Below, piece after piece: positions 1 through 15,000 of a stretch of DNA of 64,000 nucleotides. Within the stretch, counting starts at the first letter, position 1. Each line of letters opens with the position of its first letter. The position numbers and the translations under genes are program-made. This stretch comes from Balanoglossus misakiensis. Taxonomy: Eukaryota; Animalia; Hemichordata. The DNA is taken from positions 466,542 through 530,541 of the forward strand of contig CM082583.2 of assembly GCA_040954595.2 (NCBI GenBank), given 5' to 3'. Under the pieces are notes generated by a model that worked only from the letters and a program-made list of their open reading frames with translations, made no database searches and was not told where the DNA came from.

Positions 1-3000
1 TGATCATCGTGGTCAATGTACGCGTGTTTCCGCTCTAAAGTGCCGGGGCTTCAGCTAAACCAGGCCGTAGGAAATCCGACGTAATCACCGTTGATAACTT
101 ACGCCAGTCTGTGTCATATAGAGCCGGTGCACCAGCCGAGTCACGCCGTAGGAAATCTTACTTGATCAACGTGGTCAATGTACGCCTGTTTCTGCTCTAG
201 AGTGCCGGGGCTTCAGCTGAGCCAGGCCGTAGGAAACCCGACGTGATTACCGTTGTTAACTTACGCCAGTTTGTGTCCTATATATAGTGCCGGGGCATCA
301 GCCGTGCCAGGCCGAAGGAAATGTGAGTAGATCAACGTGGTCTCTGTACGCGTGTTTCTGCTCTAGAGTGCCAGGGCTTTAGCCAAGCCATGCCGTAGGA
401 AATCTGACTTGATCAACGTTGCTTACGAACGCTAGTGTCTGTCATAGTGTGCCGGGGTTTTAGTCGAGCCAAGCCGTAGGAGATCAGACTTGATCAACGT
501 GGTCTCTGTACGCGTGTTTCTGCTCTAGAGTGCCGGGGCTTTATCCGAGCTATGCCGTAGAAAATCTGACTTGATCACCGTTGCTAACTTACGCTAGTGT
601 CTGTCATATTGTGACGGAGATTTAGCCGAGCCAGGCCGTAGAAAAATCGACTTGTTCAACGTTACCAGTGTGCAACTGTTTCTGCTCTAGAGTGTCAGGG
701 TTTTAGCCGACTTATGCTGTAGGAAATCTGAGTTGATGAACGGAAATTCAATGTTAGAAAACCCGTGTGGAAAGTATCTCTACCCGTTTGAAACTAAGAA
801 AAGAATTTATTCTTATTTTTTTTCTAAAAATGACATTTTCAAGGAAAATTTGGTAAAACGCAATTTTGTCTGCAGTGAGCCAAATTAGATTGTCTTTTGT
901 GGAATTTGTATCGATATATACATACGAAGAGCATTCTATACTCCATCAGATTTCCGAAAATGTAGAAAACAGGTATTTTTTGTAATTTTCAAAAATTTAC
1001 CATTTTGACCAAATTATGGCTAAAATTGTTATTTTCGTGTTGAATGCCGCCAGTGTCACTGCTTTTAAAAGTCATAAAAACTTTTAACATACAAGCAATT
1101 GTTTATATATGATCAGGTCACCGAATTAAAAAAAATAAAGAATGTTTGGCCTAAAAATGACCTTTTTGGTGCAAAAACGAATAAAACGCAATTTTGTATT
1201 AAATCAGCTCATTCAGAGTGCATTTTTTATAATCAGCACCATTTTTACATATATTGGAAATTTCATACATCATCAGATATCCAAATATGAAAAAATGATT
1301 TAGATTTTAGATGATTGTCCAAAATTAGCTGATATCTAATAAATGTAGTATTGAACCGTTCTGTCCCCCCCCCCCTACATTATATGCGGTACGCCGATGT
1401 CAGCTTACCCGGCAGTACTGCAGGCCGTGCCCCCAAATAACGTCGGTGTTTGAAACGCCCTGGTTAAATTCGGGCTTTCTCTATAAATTGACAGGCAATA
1501 ATGCAGTCCTACCCGAACAAATGTCGAGTGTTGACCCGCTGTGACTTTCCCTCTTCGGTTTGCCCGACTTAGCCAACGTCTTTGTACTAATGTGTCGGGT
1601 CTTTTGCAGAGCCAGGCCGAAGGAAATCCGACTTGATCACCGTTGCTAACGAACGCTAGTGTCTGTCATGGTGTGCCGGGGTTTTAGTCGAGCCAGGCCG
1701 TAGGAGATCTGACTTGATCATCGTGGTCAATGTACGCGTGTTTCCGCTCTAAAGTGCCGGGGCTTCAGCTAAACCATGCCGTAGGAAATCCGACGTAATC
1801 ACCGTTGATAACTTACGCCAGTCTGTGTCATATAGAGCCGGTGCACCAGCCGAGTCACGCCGTAGGAAATCTTACTTGATCAACGTGGTCAATGTACGCC
1901 TGTTTCTGCTCTAGAGTGCCGGGGCTTCAGCTGAGCCAGGCCGTGGGAAACCCGACGTGATTACCGTTGTTAACTTACGCCAGTTTGTGTCCTATATATA
2001 GTGCCGGGGCATCAGCCGTGCCAGGCCGAAGGAAATGTGAGTAGATCAACGTGGTCTCTGTACGCGTGTTTCTGCTCTAGAGTGCCAGGGCTTTAGCCAA
2101 GCCATGCCGTAGGAAATCTGACTTGATCAACGTTGCTAACGAACGCTAATGTCTGTCATAGTGTGCCGGGGTTTTAGTCGAGCCAAGCCGTAGGAGATCA
2201 GACTTGATCAACGTGGTCTCTGTACGCGTGTTTCTGCTCTAGAGTGCCGGGGCTTTATCCAACCCATGCCGTAGAAAATCTGACTTGATCACCGTTGCTA
2301 ACGTACGCTAGTGTCTGTCATATTGTGACGGAGATTTAGCCGAGCCAGGCCGTAGAAAAATCGACTTGTTCAACGTTACCAGTGTGCAACTGTTTCTGCT
2401 CTAGAGTGTCAGGGTTTTAGCCGACTTATGCTGTAGGAAATCTGAGTTGATGAACGGGAATTCAATGTTAGAAAACCCGTGTGGAAAGTATCTCTACCCG
2501 TTTGAAACTAAGAAAAGAATTTATTCTTATTTATTTTGTAAAAAAGACAATTTTTCGAAAAAAAGTCGAAAAATTGCAATTTTGTCTTGGGTGATTCAAA
2601 TTATACCGCCTTTTCTGGAATTTGCAGCACTTTTTACAAGAGAACGACACTTCATGCTCCATAATATTTCCGAAAATGAAGAAAAGAGTTAATTTTTTAT
2701 GATTTTTCAAAAATTTACCATTTTTGTCAAAATATGGCCAAAATGGCTATTTTTCTTGAATTCCGTCAATATCTCTGCATTTTTGGAGTGGTCGAGAGTT
2801 TTAACATACAATCAACATGTCATATATGATCAGGGCACCAAATTCGAAGAATAAAGGTTTTTTTATTTTTTTTTCTAAAAATGAAATTTTCAAGGAAAAT
2901 TTGGTCAAACGCAATTTTGTCTGCAGTGAGCCAAATTAGACGGTCTTTTGTGGAATTTGTATCGATATATACATACGAAGAGCATTCTATACTCCATCAG

Positions 3001-6000
3001 ATTTCCGAAAATGTAGAAAACAGGTATTTTTTGTAATTTTCAAAAATTTACCATTTTGACCAAATTGTGGCTAAAATTGTTATTTTCGTGATGAATGCCG
3101 CCAGTGTCACTGCTTTTAAAAGCCATAAAAACTTTTAACACACAAGCAATTGTTTATATATGATCAGGTCACCGAATTAAAAATATAAAGAATGTTTGGC
3201 CTAAAAATGACCTTTTTGGTGCAAAAACGAATAAAACGCAATCTTGTATTAAATCAGTTCATTCAGAGTGCATGTTTTATAATAAGCACCATTTTTACAT
3301 ATAATGGAAATTTCATACATCATCAGATATCCAAATATGAAAAAATGATTTAGATTTTAGATGATTGTCCAAAATTAGCTGATATCTAATAAATGTAGTA
3401 TTGAACCGTTCTGTCCCCCCCCCCTTACATTATATGCGGTACGCCGATGTCAGCTTACCCGGCAGTACTGTAGGCCGTGCCCCCAACAAACGTCGGTGTT
3501 TGAAACGCCCTGGTTAAATTCGGGCTCTCTCTATAAATCGACAGGCAATAATGCAGTCCTACCGGAACAAATGTCGAGTGTTGACCCGCTGCGACTTTCC
3601 GTCTTTGGTTTGCCCAACTTAGCCAACGTCTTTGTACTAGAGTGTCGGGTCTTTTGCAGAGCCAGGCCGAAGGAAATCCGACTTGATCACCGTTGCTAAC
3701 GAACGCTAGTGTCTGTCATGGTGTGCCGGGGTTTTAGTCGAGCCAGGCCGTAGGAGATCTGACTTGATCATCGTGGTCAATGTACGCGTGTTTCCGCTCT
3801 AAAGTGCCGGGGCTTCAGCTAAACCAGGCCGTAGGAAATCCGACGTAATCACCGTTGATAACTTACGCCAGTCTGTGTCATATAGAGCCGGTGCACCAGC
3901 CGAGTCACGCCGTAGGAAATCTGACTTGATCAACGTGGTCAATGTACGCCTGTTTCTGCTCTAGAGTGCCGGGGCTTCAGCTGAGCCAGGCCGTAGGAAA
4001 CCCGACGTGATTACCGTTGTTAACTTACGCCAGTTTGTGTCCTATATATAGTGCCGGGGCATCAGCCGTGCCAGGCCGAAGGAAATGTGAGTAGATCAAC
4101 GTGGTCTCTGTACGCGTGTTTCTGCTCTAGAGTGCCAGGGCTTTAGCCAAGCCATGCCGTAGGAAATCTGACTTGATCAACGTTGCTTACGAACGCTAGT
4201 GTCTGTCATAGTGTGCCGGGGTTTTAGTCGAGCCAAGCCGTAGGAGATCAGACTTGATCAACGTGGTCTCTGTACGCGTGTTTCTGCTCTAGAGTGCCGG
4301 GGCTTTATCCAAGCCATGCCGTAGAAAATCTGTCTTGATCACCGTTGCTAACGTACGATAGTGTCTGTCATAGTGTGCCGGGGTTTTAGTCGAGCCAAGC
4401 CGTAGGAGATCAGACTTGATCAACGTGGTCTCTGTACGCGTGTTTCTGCTCTAGAGTGCCGGGGCTTTATCCGAGCTATGCCGTAGAAAATCTGACTTGA
4501 TCACCGTTGCTAACTTACGCTAGTGTCTGTCATATTGTGACGGAGATTTAGCCGAGCCAGGCCGTAGAAAAATCGACTTGTTCAACGTTACCAGTGTGCA
4601 ACTGTTTCTGCTCTAGAGTGTCAGGGTTTTAGCCGACTTGTGCTGTAGGAAATCTGAGTTGATGAACGGGAATTCAATGTTAGAAAACCCGTGTGTAAAG
4701 TATCTCTACCCGTTTGAAACTAAGAAAAGAATTTATTCTTATTTATTTTGTAAAACAAGACAATTTTTCGAAAAAAAGTCGAAAATGGTAATTTTGTCTT
4801 GGGTGATTCAAATTATACCACATTTTCTGGAATTTGCAGCACTTTTTACAAGAGAACGACACTTCATGCTCCATAATATTTCCGAAAATGAAGAAAAGAG
4901 TTTATTTTTTATGATTTTTTAAAAATGTACCATTTTGTCAAAATATGGCCAAAATGGCTATTTTTTCTTGATTTCCGTCAATATCTCTGCATTTTTGGAG
5001 TGGTCGAAAGTTTTAACATACAATCAACATGTCATATATGATCAGGGCACCAAATTCGAAGAACGAAGGTTTTTTTATTTTATTTTTCTAAAAATGACAT
5101 TTTCAAGGAAAATTTGGTAAAACGCAATTTTGTCTGCAGTGAGCCAAATTAGACGGTCTTTTGTGGAATTTGTATCGATATATATATACGAAGAGCATTC
5201 TATACTCCATCAGATTTCCGAAAATGTAGAAAACAGGTATTTTTTGTAATTTTCAAAAATTTACCATTTTGACCAAATTGTGGTTAAAATTGTTATTTTC
5301 GTGTTGAATGCCGCCAGTGTCACTGCTTTTAAAAGTCATAAAAACTTTTAACATGCAAGCAATTGCTTATATATGATCAGGCCACCGAATTAAAAAAATA
5401 AAGAATGTTTTGCCTAAAAATGACCTTTTTGGTGCAAAAACGAATAAAACGCAATTTTGTATTAAATCAGCTCATTCAGAGTGCATTTTTTATAATCAGC
5501 ACCATTTTTACATATATTGAAAATTTCATACATCATCAGATATCCAAATATGAAAAAATGATTTAGATTTTAGATGATTGTCCAAAATTAGCTGATATCT
5601 AATAAATGTAGTATTGAACCGTTCTGTCCCCCCCCTACATTATATGCGGTACGCCGATGTCACCTTACCCGGCAGTACTGCAGGCCGTGCCCCCAACTAA
5701 CGTCGGTGTTTGAAGCGCCCTGGTTAAATTCGGGCTTTCTCTATAAATTAACAGGCAATAATGCAGTCCTACCCGAACAAATGTCGAGTGTTGACCCGCT
5801 GTGACTTTCCCTCTTCGGTTTGCCCGACTTAGCCAACGTCTTTGTACTAGAGGGTCGGGTCTTTTGCCGAGCCAGGCCGAAGGAAATCCGACTTGATCAC
5901 CGTTGCTAACGAACGCTAGTGTCTGTCATGGTGTGCCGGGGTTTTAGTCGAACCAGGCCGTAGGAAATCTGACTTGATCAACGTGGTCAATGTACGCCTG

Positions 6001-9000
6001 TTTCTGCTCTAGAGTGCCGGGGCTTCAGCTGATCCAGGCCGTAGGAAACCCGACGTGATTACCGTTGTTAACTTACGCCAGTCTGTGTCCTATATATAGT
6101 GCGGGGCATCAGCCGTGCCAGGCCTAAGGAAATGTGAGTAGATCAATGTGGTCTCTGTACGCGTGTTTCTGCTCTAGAATGCCAGGGCTTTAGCCAAGCC
6201 ATGCCGTAGGAAATCTGACTTGATCAACGTTGCTAACGAACGCTAGTGTCTGTCATAGTGTGCCGGGGTTTTAGTCGAGCCAAGCCGTAGGAGATCTGAC
6301 TTGATCATCGTGGTCAATGTACGCGTGTTTCCGCTCTAAAGTGCCGGGGCTTGAGCTAAACCAGGCCGTAGGAAATCCGACGTAATCACCGTTGATAACT
6401 TACGCCAGTCTGTGTCATATAGAGCCGGTGCACCAGCGGAGTCACGCCGTAGGACATCTGACTTGATCAACGTGGTCAATGTACGCCTGTTTCTGCTCTA
6501 GAGTGCCGGGGCTTCAGCTGAGCCAGGCCGTAGGAAACCCGACGTGATTACCGTTGTTAACTTACGCCAGTCTGTGTCCTATATATAGTGCCGGGGCATC
6601 AGCTGTGCCAGGCCGAAGGAAATGGGAGTAGATCAACGTGGTCTCTGTACGCGTGTTTCTGCTCTAGAGTGCCAGGGCTTTAGCCAAGCCATGCCGTAGG
6701 AAATCTGACTTGATCAACGTTGCTAATAAACGCTAGTGTCTGTCATAGTGTGCCGGGGTTTTAGTCGAGCCAAGCCGTAGGAGATCAGACTTGATCAACG
6801 TGGTCTCTGTACGCGTGTTTCTGCTCTAGAGTGCCGGGGCTTTATCCCAGCCATGCCGTAGAAAATCTGACTTGATCACCGTTGCTAACGTGCGCTAGTG
6901 TCTGTCATATTGTGACGGAGATTTAGCCGAGCCAGGCCGTAGAAAAATCGACTTGTTCAACGTAACCATTGTGCAACTGTTTCTGCTCTAGAGTGTCAGG
7001 GTTTTTGCCGACTTATGCTGTAGGAAATCTGAGTTGATGAATGGGAATTCAATGTTAAAAAACCCGTGTGGAAAGTGACTCTACCCTTTTGAAACTAAGA
7101 AAATAATTTATTCTTATTTATTTTGTAAAAATCACAATTTTTCGAAAAAAAGTCGAAAATGGTAATTTTGTCATGGGTGATTCAAATTATACCGCCTTTT
7201 CTGGAATTTGCAGCACTTTTTACAAGAGAACGACACTTCATGCTCCATAATATTTCCGAAAATGAAGAAAAGAGTTAATTTTTTATGATTTTTTAAAAAT
7301 TTACCATTTTTGTCAAAATATGGCCAAAATGGCTATTTTTTCTTGAATTCCGTCAATATCTCTGCATTTTTGGAGTGGTCGAGAGTTTTAACATACAATC
7401 AACATGTCATATATGATCAGGGCACCAAATTCGAAGAACAAAGGTTTTTTTATTTTTTTTTCTAAAAATGACATTTTCAAGGAAAATTTGGTAAAACGCA
7501 ATTTTGTCTGCAGTGAGCCAAATTAGACGGTCTTTTGTGGAATTTGTATCGATATATACATACGAAGAGCATTCTATACTCCATCAGATTTCCGAAAATG
7601 TAGAAAACAGGTATTTTTTGTAATTTTCAAAAATTTACCATTTTGACCAAATTGTGGCTAAAATTGTTATTTTCGTTATGAATGCCGCCAGTGTCACTGC
7701 TTTTAAAAGTCATAAAAACTTTTAACATACAAGCAATTGTTTATATATGATCAGGTCACCGAATTAAAAATATAAAGAATGTTTTGCCTAAAAATGACCT
7801 TTTTGGTGCAAAAACGAATAAAACGCAATCTTGTATTAAATCAGTTCATTCAGAGTGCATGTTTTATAATAAGCACCATTTTTACATATAATGGAAATTT
7901 CATACATCATCAGATATCCAAATATGAAAAAATGATTTAGATTTTAGATGATTGTCCAAAATTAACTGATATCTAATAAATGTAGTATTGAACCGTTCTG
8001 TCCCCCCCCCCCCCTTACATTATATGCGGTACGCCGATGTCAGCTTACCCGGCAGTACTGCATGCCGTGCCCCCAACTAACGTCGGTGTTTGGAACGCCC
8101 TGGTTAAATTCGGGCTTTCTCTATAAATTGACAGGCAATAATGCAGTCCTACCCGACCAAATGTCGAGTGTTGACCCGCTGTGACTTTCCCTCTTCGGTT
8201 TGCCCGACTTAGCCAACGTCTTTGTACTAGAGTGTCGGGTCTTTTGCAGAGCCAGGCCGAAGGAAATCCGACTTGATCACCGTTGCTAACGAACGCTAGT
8301 GTCTGTCATGGTGTGCCGGGGTTTTAGTCGAGCCAGGCCGTAGGAGATCTGACTTGATCATCGTGGTCAATGTACGCGTGTTTCCGCTCTAAAGTGCCGG
8401 GGCTTCAGCTAAACCAGGCCGTAGGAAATCCGACGTAATCACCGTTGATAACTTACGCCAGTCTGTGTCATATAGAGCCGGTGCACCAGCCGAGTCACGC
8501 CGTAGGAAATCTGACTTGATCAACGTGGTCAATGTACGCCTGTTTCTGCTCTAGAGTGCCAGGGCTTCAGCTGAGCCAGGCCGTAGGAAACCCGACGTGA
8601 TTACCGTTGTTAACTTACGCCAGTCTGTGTCCTATATATAGTGCCGGGGCATCAGCCGTGCCAGGCCGAAGGAAATGTTAGTCGATCAACGTGGTCTCTG
8701 TACGCGTGTTTCTGCTCTAGAGTGTCAGGGCTTTAGCAAAGCCATGCCGTAGGAAATCTGACTTGATCAACGTTGCTAACGAACGCTCAATATTTTTAAG
8801 CGTAATTTGAAAACATACCTTTTTACTCGGTTTTATGTGTAACGTGTTCGATTGTGTCCTTTTAACTATTTTTACCAGCCTTGTATTTTTTAATCTACTG
8901 TTTTAGCTGTGCACAATGCGCTGAGACGTATGTGTAGCGCATTTTAAACAATTCTTAATAATAATAATAATAATAACGCTAGTGTCTGTCATAGTGTGCC

Positions 9001-12000
9001 GGGGTTTTAGTCGAGCCAAGCCGTAGGAGATCAGACTTCATCAACGTGGTCTCTGTACGCGTGTTTCTGCTCTAGAGTGCCGGGGCTTTATCCAAGCCAT
9101 GCCGTAGAAAATCTGACTTGATCACCGTTGCTAACGTACGCTAGTGTCTGTCATATTGTGACGGAGATTTAGCCGAGCCAGGCCGTAGAAAAATCGACTT
9201 GTTCAACGTTACCAGTGTGCAACTGTTTCTGCTCTAGAGTGTCTGGGTTTTAGCCGACTTATGCTGTAGGAAATCTGAGTTGATGAACGGGAATTCAATG
9301 TTAGAAAACCCGTGTGGAAAGTATCTCTACCCGTTTGAAACTAAGAAAAGAATTTATTCTTATTTTATTTCTAAAAATGACATTTTCAAGGAAAATTTGG
9401 TAATACGCAATTTTGTCTGCAGTGAGCCAAATTAGACGGTCTTTTGTGGAATTTGTATCGATATATACATACGAAGAGCATTCTATACTCCATCAGATTT
9501 CCGAAAATGTAGAAAACAGGTATTTTTTGTAATTTTCAAAAATTTACCATTTTGACCAAATTGTGGCTAAAATTGTTATTTTCGTGTTGAATGCCGCCAG
9601 TGTCACTGCTTTTAAAAGTCATAAAAAATTTCAACATACAAGCAATTGTTTATATATGATCAGGTCACCGAATTAAAAAAATAAAGAATGTTTTGCCTAA
9701 AAATGACCTTTTTGGTGCAAAAACGAATAAAACGCAATTTTGTATTAAATCAGCTCATTCAGAGTGCATTTTTTATAATCAGCACCATTTTTACATATAA
9801 TGGAAATTTCATACATCATCAGATATCCAAATATGAAAAAATGATTTAGATTTTAGATGATTGTCCAAAATTCGCTGATATTTAATAAATGTAGTAATGA
9901 ACCGTTCTGTCCCCCCCCCCCTACATTATATGCGGTACGCCGATGTCAGCTTACCCGGCAGTACTGCAGGCCGTGCCCCCAACTAACGTCGGTGTTTGAA
10001 ACGCCCTGGTTAAATTCGGGCTTTCTCTATAAATTGACAGGCAATAATGCAGTCCTACCCGACCAAATGTCGAGTGTTGACCCGCTGTGACTTTCCCTCT
10101 TCGGTTTGCCCGACTTAGCCAACGTCTTTGTACTAATGAGTCGGGTCTTTTGCAGAGCCAGGCCGAAGGAAATCCGACTTGACCACCGTTGCTAACGAAC
10201 GCTAGTGTCTGTCATGGTGTGCCGGGGTTTAGTCGAGCCAGGCCGTAGGAGATCTGACTTGATCATCGTGGTCAATGTACGCGTGTTTCCGCTCTAAAGT
10301 GCCGGGGCTTCAGCTAAACCAGGCCGTAGGAAATCCGACGTAATCACCGTTGATAACTTACGCAAGTCTGTGTCATATAGAGCCGGTGCACCAGCCGAGT
10401 CACGCCGTAGGAAATCTGACTTGATCAACGTGGTCAATGTACGCCTGTTTCTGCTCTAGAGTGCCGGGGCTTCATCTGAGCCAGGCCGTAGGAAACCCGA
10501 CGTGATTACCGTTGTTAACTTACGCCAGTCTGTGTCCTATATATAGTGCCGGGGCATCAGCCGTGCCAGGCCGAAGGAAATGTGAGTAGATCAACGTGGT
10601 CTCTGTACGCGTGTTTCTGCTCTAGAGTGCCAGGGCTTTAGCCAAGCCATGCCGTAGGAAATCTGACTTGATCAACGTTGCTAACGAACGCTAGTGTCTG
10701 TCATAGTGTGCCGAGGTTTTAGTCGAGCCAAGCCGTAGGAGATCAGACTTGATCAACGTGGTCTCTGTACGCGTGTTTCTGCTCTAGAGTGCCGGGGCTT
10801 TATCCGAGCTATGCCGTAGAAAATCTGACTTGATCACCGTTGCTAACTTACGCTAGTGTCTGTCATATTGTAACGGAGATTTAGCCGAGCCAGGCCGTAG
10901 AAAAATCGACTTTTTCAACGTTACCAGTGTGCAACTGTTTCTGCTCTAGAGTGTCAGGGTTTTAGCCGACTTGTGCTGTAGGAAATCTGAGTTGATGAAC
11001 GGGAATTCAATGTTAGAAAACCCGTGTGTAAAGTATCTCTACCCGTTTGAAACTAAGAAAAGAATTTATTCTTATTTATTTTGTAAAACAAGACAATTTT
11101 TCGAAAAAAAGTCGAAAATGGTAATTTTGTCTTGGGTCATTCAAATTATACCGCCTTTTCTGGAATTTGCAGCACTTTTTACAAGAGAACGACACTTCAT
11201 GCTCCATAATATTTCCGAAAATGAAGAAAAGAGTTAATTTTTTATGATTTTTTAAAAAATTACCATTTTTGTCAAAATATGGCCAAAATGGCTATTTTTT
11301 CTTGAATTCCGTCAATATCTCTGCATTTTTGGAGTGGTCGAAAGTTTTAACATACAATCAACATGTCATATATGATCAGGGTACCAAATTCGAAGAACAA
11401 AGTTTTTTTTAGTTTTTTTTCTAAAAATGACATTTTCAAGGAACATTTGGTAAAACGCAATTTTGTCTGCAGTGAGCCAAATTAGATTGTCTTTTGTGGA
11501 ATTTGTATCGATGTATACATACGAAGAGCATTCTATACTCCATCAGATTTCCGAAAATGTAGAGAACAGGTATTTTTTGTAATTTTCAAAAATTTACCAT
11601 TTTGACCAAATTATGGCTAAAATTGTTATTTTCGTGTTGAATGCCGCCAGTGTCACTGCTTTTAAAAGTCATAAAAACTTTTAACATACAAGCAATTGTT
11701 TATATATGATCAGGTCACCGAATTAAAAAAAATAAAGAATGTTTGGCCTAAAAATGACCTTTATGGTGCAAAAACGAATAAAACGCAATTTTGTATTAAA
11801 TAACCTCATTCAGAGTGCATTATTTAATAATCAGCACCATTTTTACATATAATGGAAATTTCATACATCACCAGATATCCAAATATGAAAAAATGATTTA
11901 GATTTTAGATGATTGTCCAAAATTAGCTGATATCTAATAAATGTAGTATTGAACCGTTCTGTTCCCCCCCCCTCCCCTACATTATATGCGGTACGCCGAT

Positions 12001-15000
12001 GTCAGCTTACCCGGCAGTACTGCAGGCCGTGCCCCCACCTAACGTCGGTGTTTGAAACGCCCTGGTTAAATTCGGGCTTTCTCTATAAATTGACAGGCAA
12101 TAATGCAGTCCTACCCGAACAAATGTCGAGTGTTGACACGCTGTGACTTTCCCTCTTCGGTTTGCCCGACTTAGCCGACGTCTTTGTACTAGAGTGTCGG
12201 GTCTTTTGCAGAGCCAGGCCGAAGGAAATCCGACTTGATCACCGTTGCTAACGAACGCTAGTGTCTGTCATGGTGTGCCGGGGTTTTAGTCGAGCCAGGC
12301 CGTAGGAGATCTGACTTGATCATCGTGGTCAATGTACGCGTGTTTCCGCTCTAAAGTGCCGGGGCTTCAGCTAAACCAGGCCGTAGGAAATCCGTCGTAA
12401 TCACCGTTGATAACTTACGCCAGTCTGTGTCATATAGAGCCGGTGCACCAGCCGAGTCACGCCGTAGGAAATCTGACTTGATCAACGTGGTCAATGTACG
12501 CCTGTTTCTGCTCTAGAGTGCCGGGGCTTCAGCTGAGCCAGGCCGTAGGAAACCCGACGTGATTACAGTTGTTAACTTACGCCAGTCTGTGTCCTATATA
12601 TAGTGCCGGGGCATCAGCCGTGCCAGGCCGAAGGAAATGTGAGTAGATCAACGTGGTCTCTGTACGCGTGTTTCTGCTCTAGAGTGTCAGGGCTTTAGCA
12701 AAGCCATGCCGTAGGAAATCTGACTTGATCAACGTTGCTAGCGAACGCTAGTGTCTGTCATAGTGTGCCGGGGTTTTAGTCGAGCCAAGCCGTAGGAGAT
12801 CAGACTTGATCAACGTGGTCTCTGTACGCGTGTTTCTGCTCTTGACTGCCGGGGCTTTATCCAAGCCATGCCGTAGAAAATCTGACTTGATCACCGTTGC
12901 TAACGTACGCTAGTGTCTGTCATATAGTGACGGAGATTTAGCCGAGCCAGGCCGTAAAAAATCGACTTGTTCAACGTTACCAGTGTGCAACTGTTTCTGC
13001 TCTAGAGTGTCAGGGTTTTAGCCGATTTATGCTGTAGGAAATCAGAGTTGATGAACGGGAATTCAATGTTAGAAAACCCGTGTGGAAAGTATCTCTACTC
13101 GTTTGAAACTAAGAAAAGAATTTATTCTTATTTATTTTGTAAAAAAGACAATGTTTCGAAACAAAGGCGAAAATGGTAATTTTGTCTTGGGTGATTCAAA
13201 TTATACCACCTTTTCTGGAATTTGCAGCACTTTTTACAAGAGAACGACACTTCATGCTCCATAATATTTCCGAAAATGAAGAAAAGAGTTAATTTTTTAT
13301 GAGTTTTTAAAATTTTACCATTTTTATCAAAATATGGCCAAAATGGCTATTTTTTCTTGAATTCCGTCAATATCTCTGCATTTTTGGAGTGGTCGAAACT
13401 TTTAACATACAATCAACATGTCATATATGATCGGGGCACCAAATTCGAAGAACAAAGGTTTTTTTATTTTTTTTTCTAAAAATGACATTTTCAAGGAAAA
13501 TTTGGTAAAACGCAATTTTGTCTGCAGTGAGCCAAATTAGACGGTCTTTTGTGGAATTTGTATCCATATATACATACGAAGAGCATTCTATACTCCATCA
13601 GATTTCCGAAAATGTAGAAAAGGGTATTTTTTGTAATTTTGAAAAATTTTCCATTTTGACCAAATTGTGGCTAAAATTGTTATTTTCGTGTTGAATGCCG
13701 CCAGTGTCACTGCTTTTAAAAGTCATAAAAACTTTTAACATACAAGCCATTCTTTATATATGATCAGGTTACCGAATTAAAAAAATAAAGAATGTTTTGC
13801 CTAAAAATGACCTTTTAGGTGCAAAAACGAATAAAACGTAATTTTGTATTAAATCAGTTCATTCAGAGTGCATTTTTTATAATCAGCACCATTTTTACAT
13901 AAAATGGAAATTTCATACATCATCAGATATCCAAATATGAAAAAATGATTTAGATTTTAGATGATTGTCCAAAATTAGCTGATATCTAATAAATGTAGTA
14001 TTGAACTGTTCTGTTTCCCCCCCCCCCCTATATTATATGCGGTACGCCGATGTCAGCTTACCCGGCAGTACTGCAGGCCGTGCCCCCAACTAACGTCGGT
14101 GTTTGTAACGCCCTGGTTAAATTCGGGCTTTCTCTATAAATTGACAGGCAATAATGCAGTCCTACCCGAACAAATGTCGAGTGTTGACCCGCTGTGACTT
14201 TCCCTCTTCGGTTTGCCCGACTTAGCCAACGTCTTTGTACTAGAGTGTCGGGTCTTTTGCAGAGCCAGGCCGAAGGAAATCCGACTTGATCACCGTTGCT
14301 AACGAACGCTAGTGTCTGTCATGGTGTGCCGGGGTTTTAGTCGAGCCAGGCCGTAGGAGATCTGACTTGATCATCGTGGTCAATGTACGCGTGTTTCCGC
14401 TCTAAAGTGCCGGGGCTTCAGCTAAACCAGGCCGTAGGAAATCCGTCGTAATCACCGTTGATAACTTACGCCAGTCTGTGTCATATAGAGCCGGTGCACC
14501 AGCCGAGTCACGCCGTAGGAAATCTGACTTGATCAACGTGGTCAATGTACGCCTGTTTCTGCTCTAGAGTGCCGGGGCTTCAGCTGAGCCAGGCCGTAGG
14601 AAACCCGACGTGATTACAGTTGTTAACTTACGCCAGTCTGTGTCCTATATATAGTGCCGGGGCATCAGCCGTGCCAGGCCGAAGGAAATGTGAGTAGATC
14701 AACGTGGTCTCTGTACGCGTGTTTCTGCTCTAGAGTGTCAGGGCTTTAGCAAAGCCATGCCGTAGGAAATCTGACTTGATCAACGTTGCTAGCGAACGCT
14801 AGTGTCTGTCATAGTGTGCCGGGGTTTTAGTCGAGCCAAGCCGTAGGAGATCAGACTTGATCAACGTGGTCTCTGTACGCGTGTTTCTGCTCTTGACTGC
14901 CGGGGCTTTATCCAAGCCATGCCGTAGAAAATCTGACTTGATCACCGTTGCTAACGTACGCTAGTGTCTGTCATATAGTGACGGAGATTTAGCCGAGCCA

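Noticed and set aside
1600-2450. 81-bp monomer (27 codons) as a repetitive protein-coding exon
   Set aside because: Stops recur in the frames I translated on both strands, and the ORF track shows no long ORF here. Some monomers carry frame-breaking indels.
1360-3420. Tandem rDNA, 5S, histone or snRNA gene cluster
   Set aside because: No recognisable rRNA, tRNA A/B-box, histone or Sm-site sequence in the unit.
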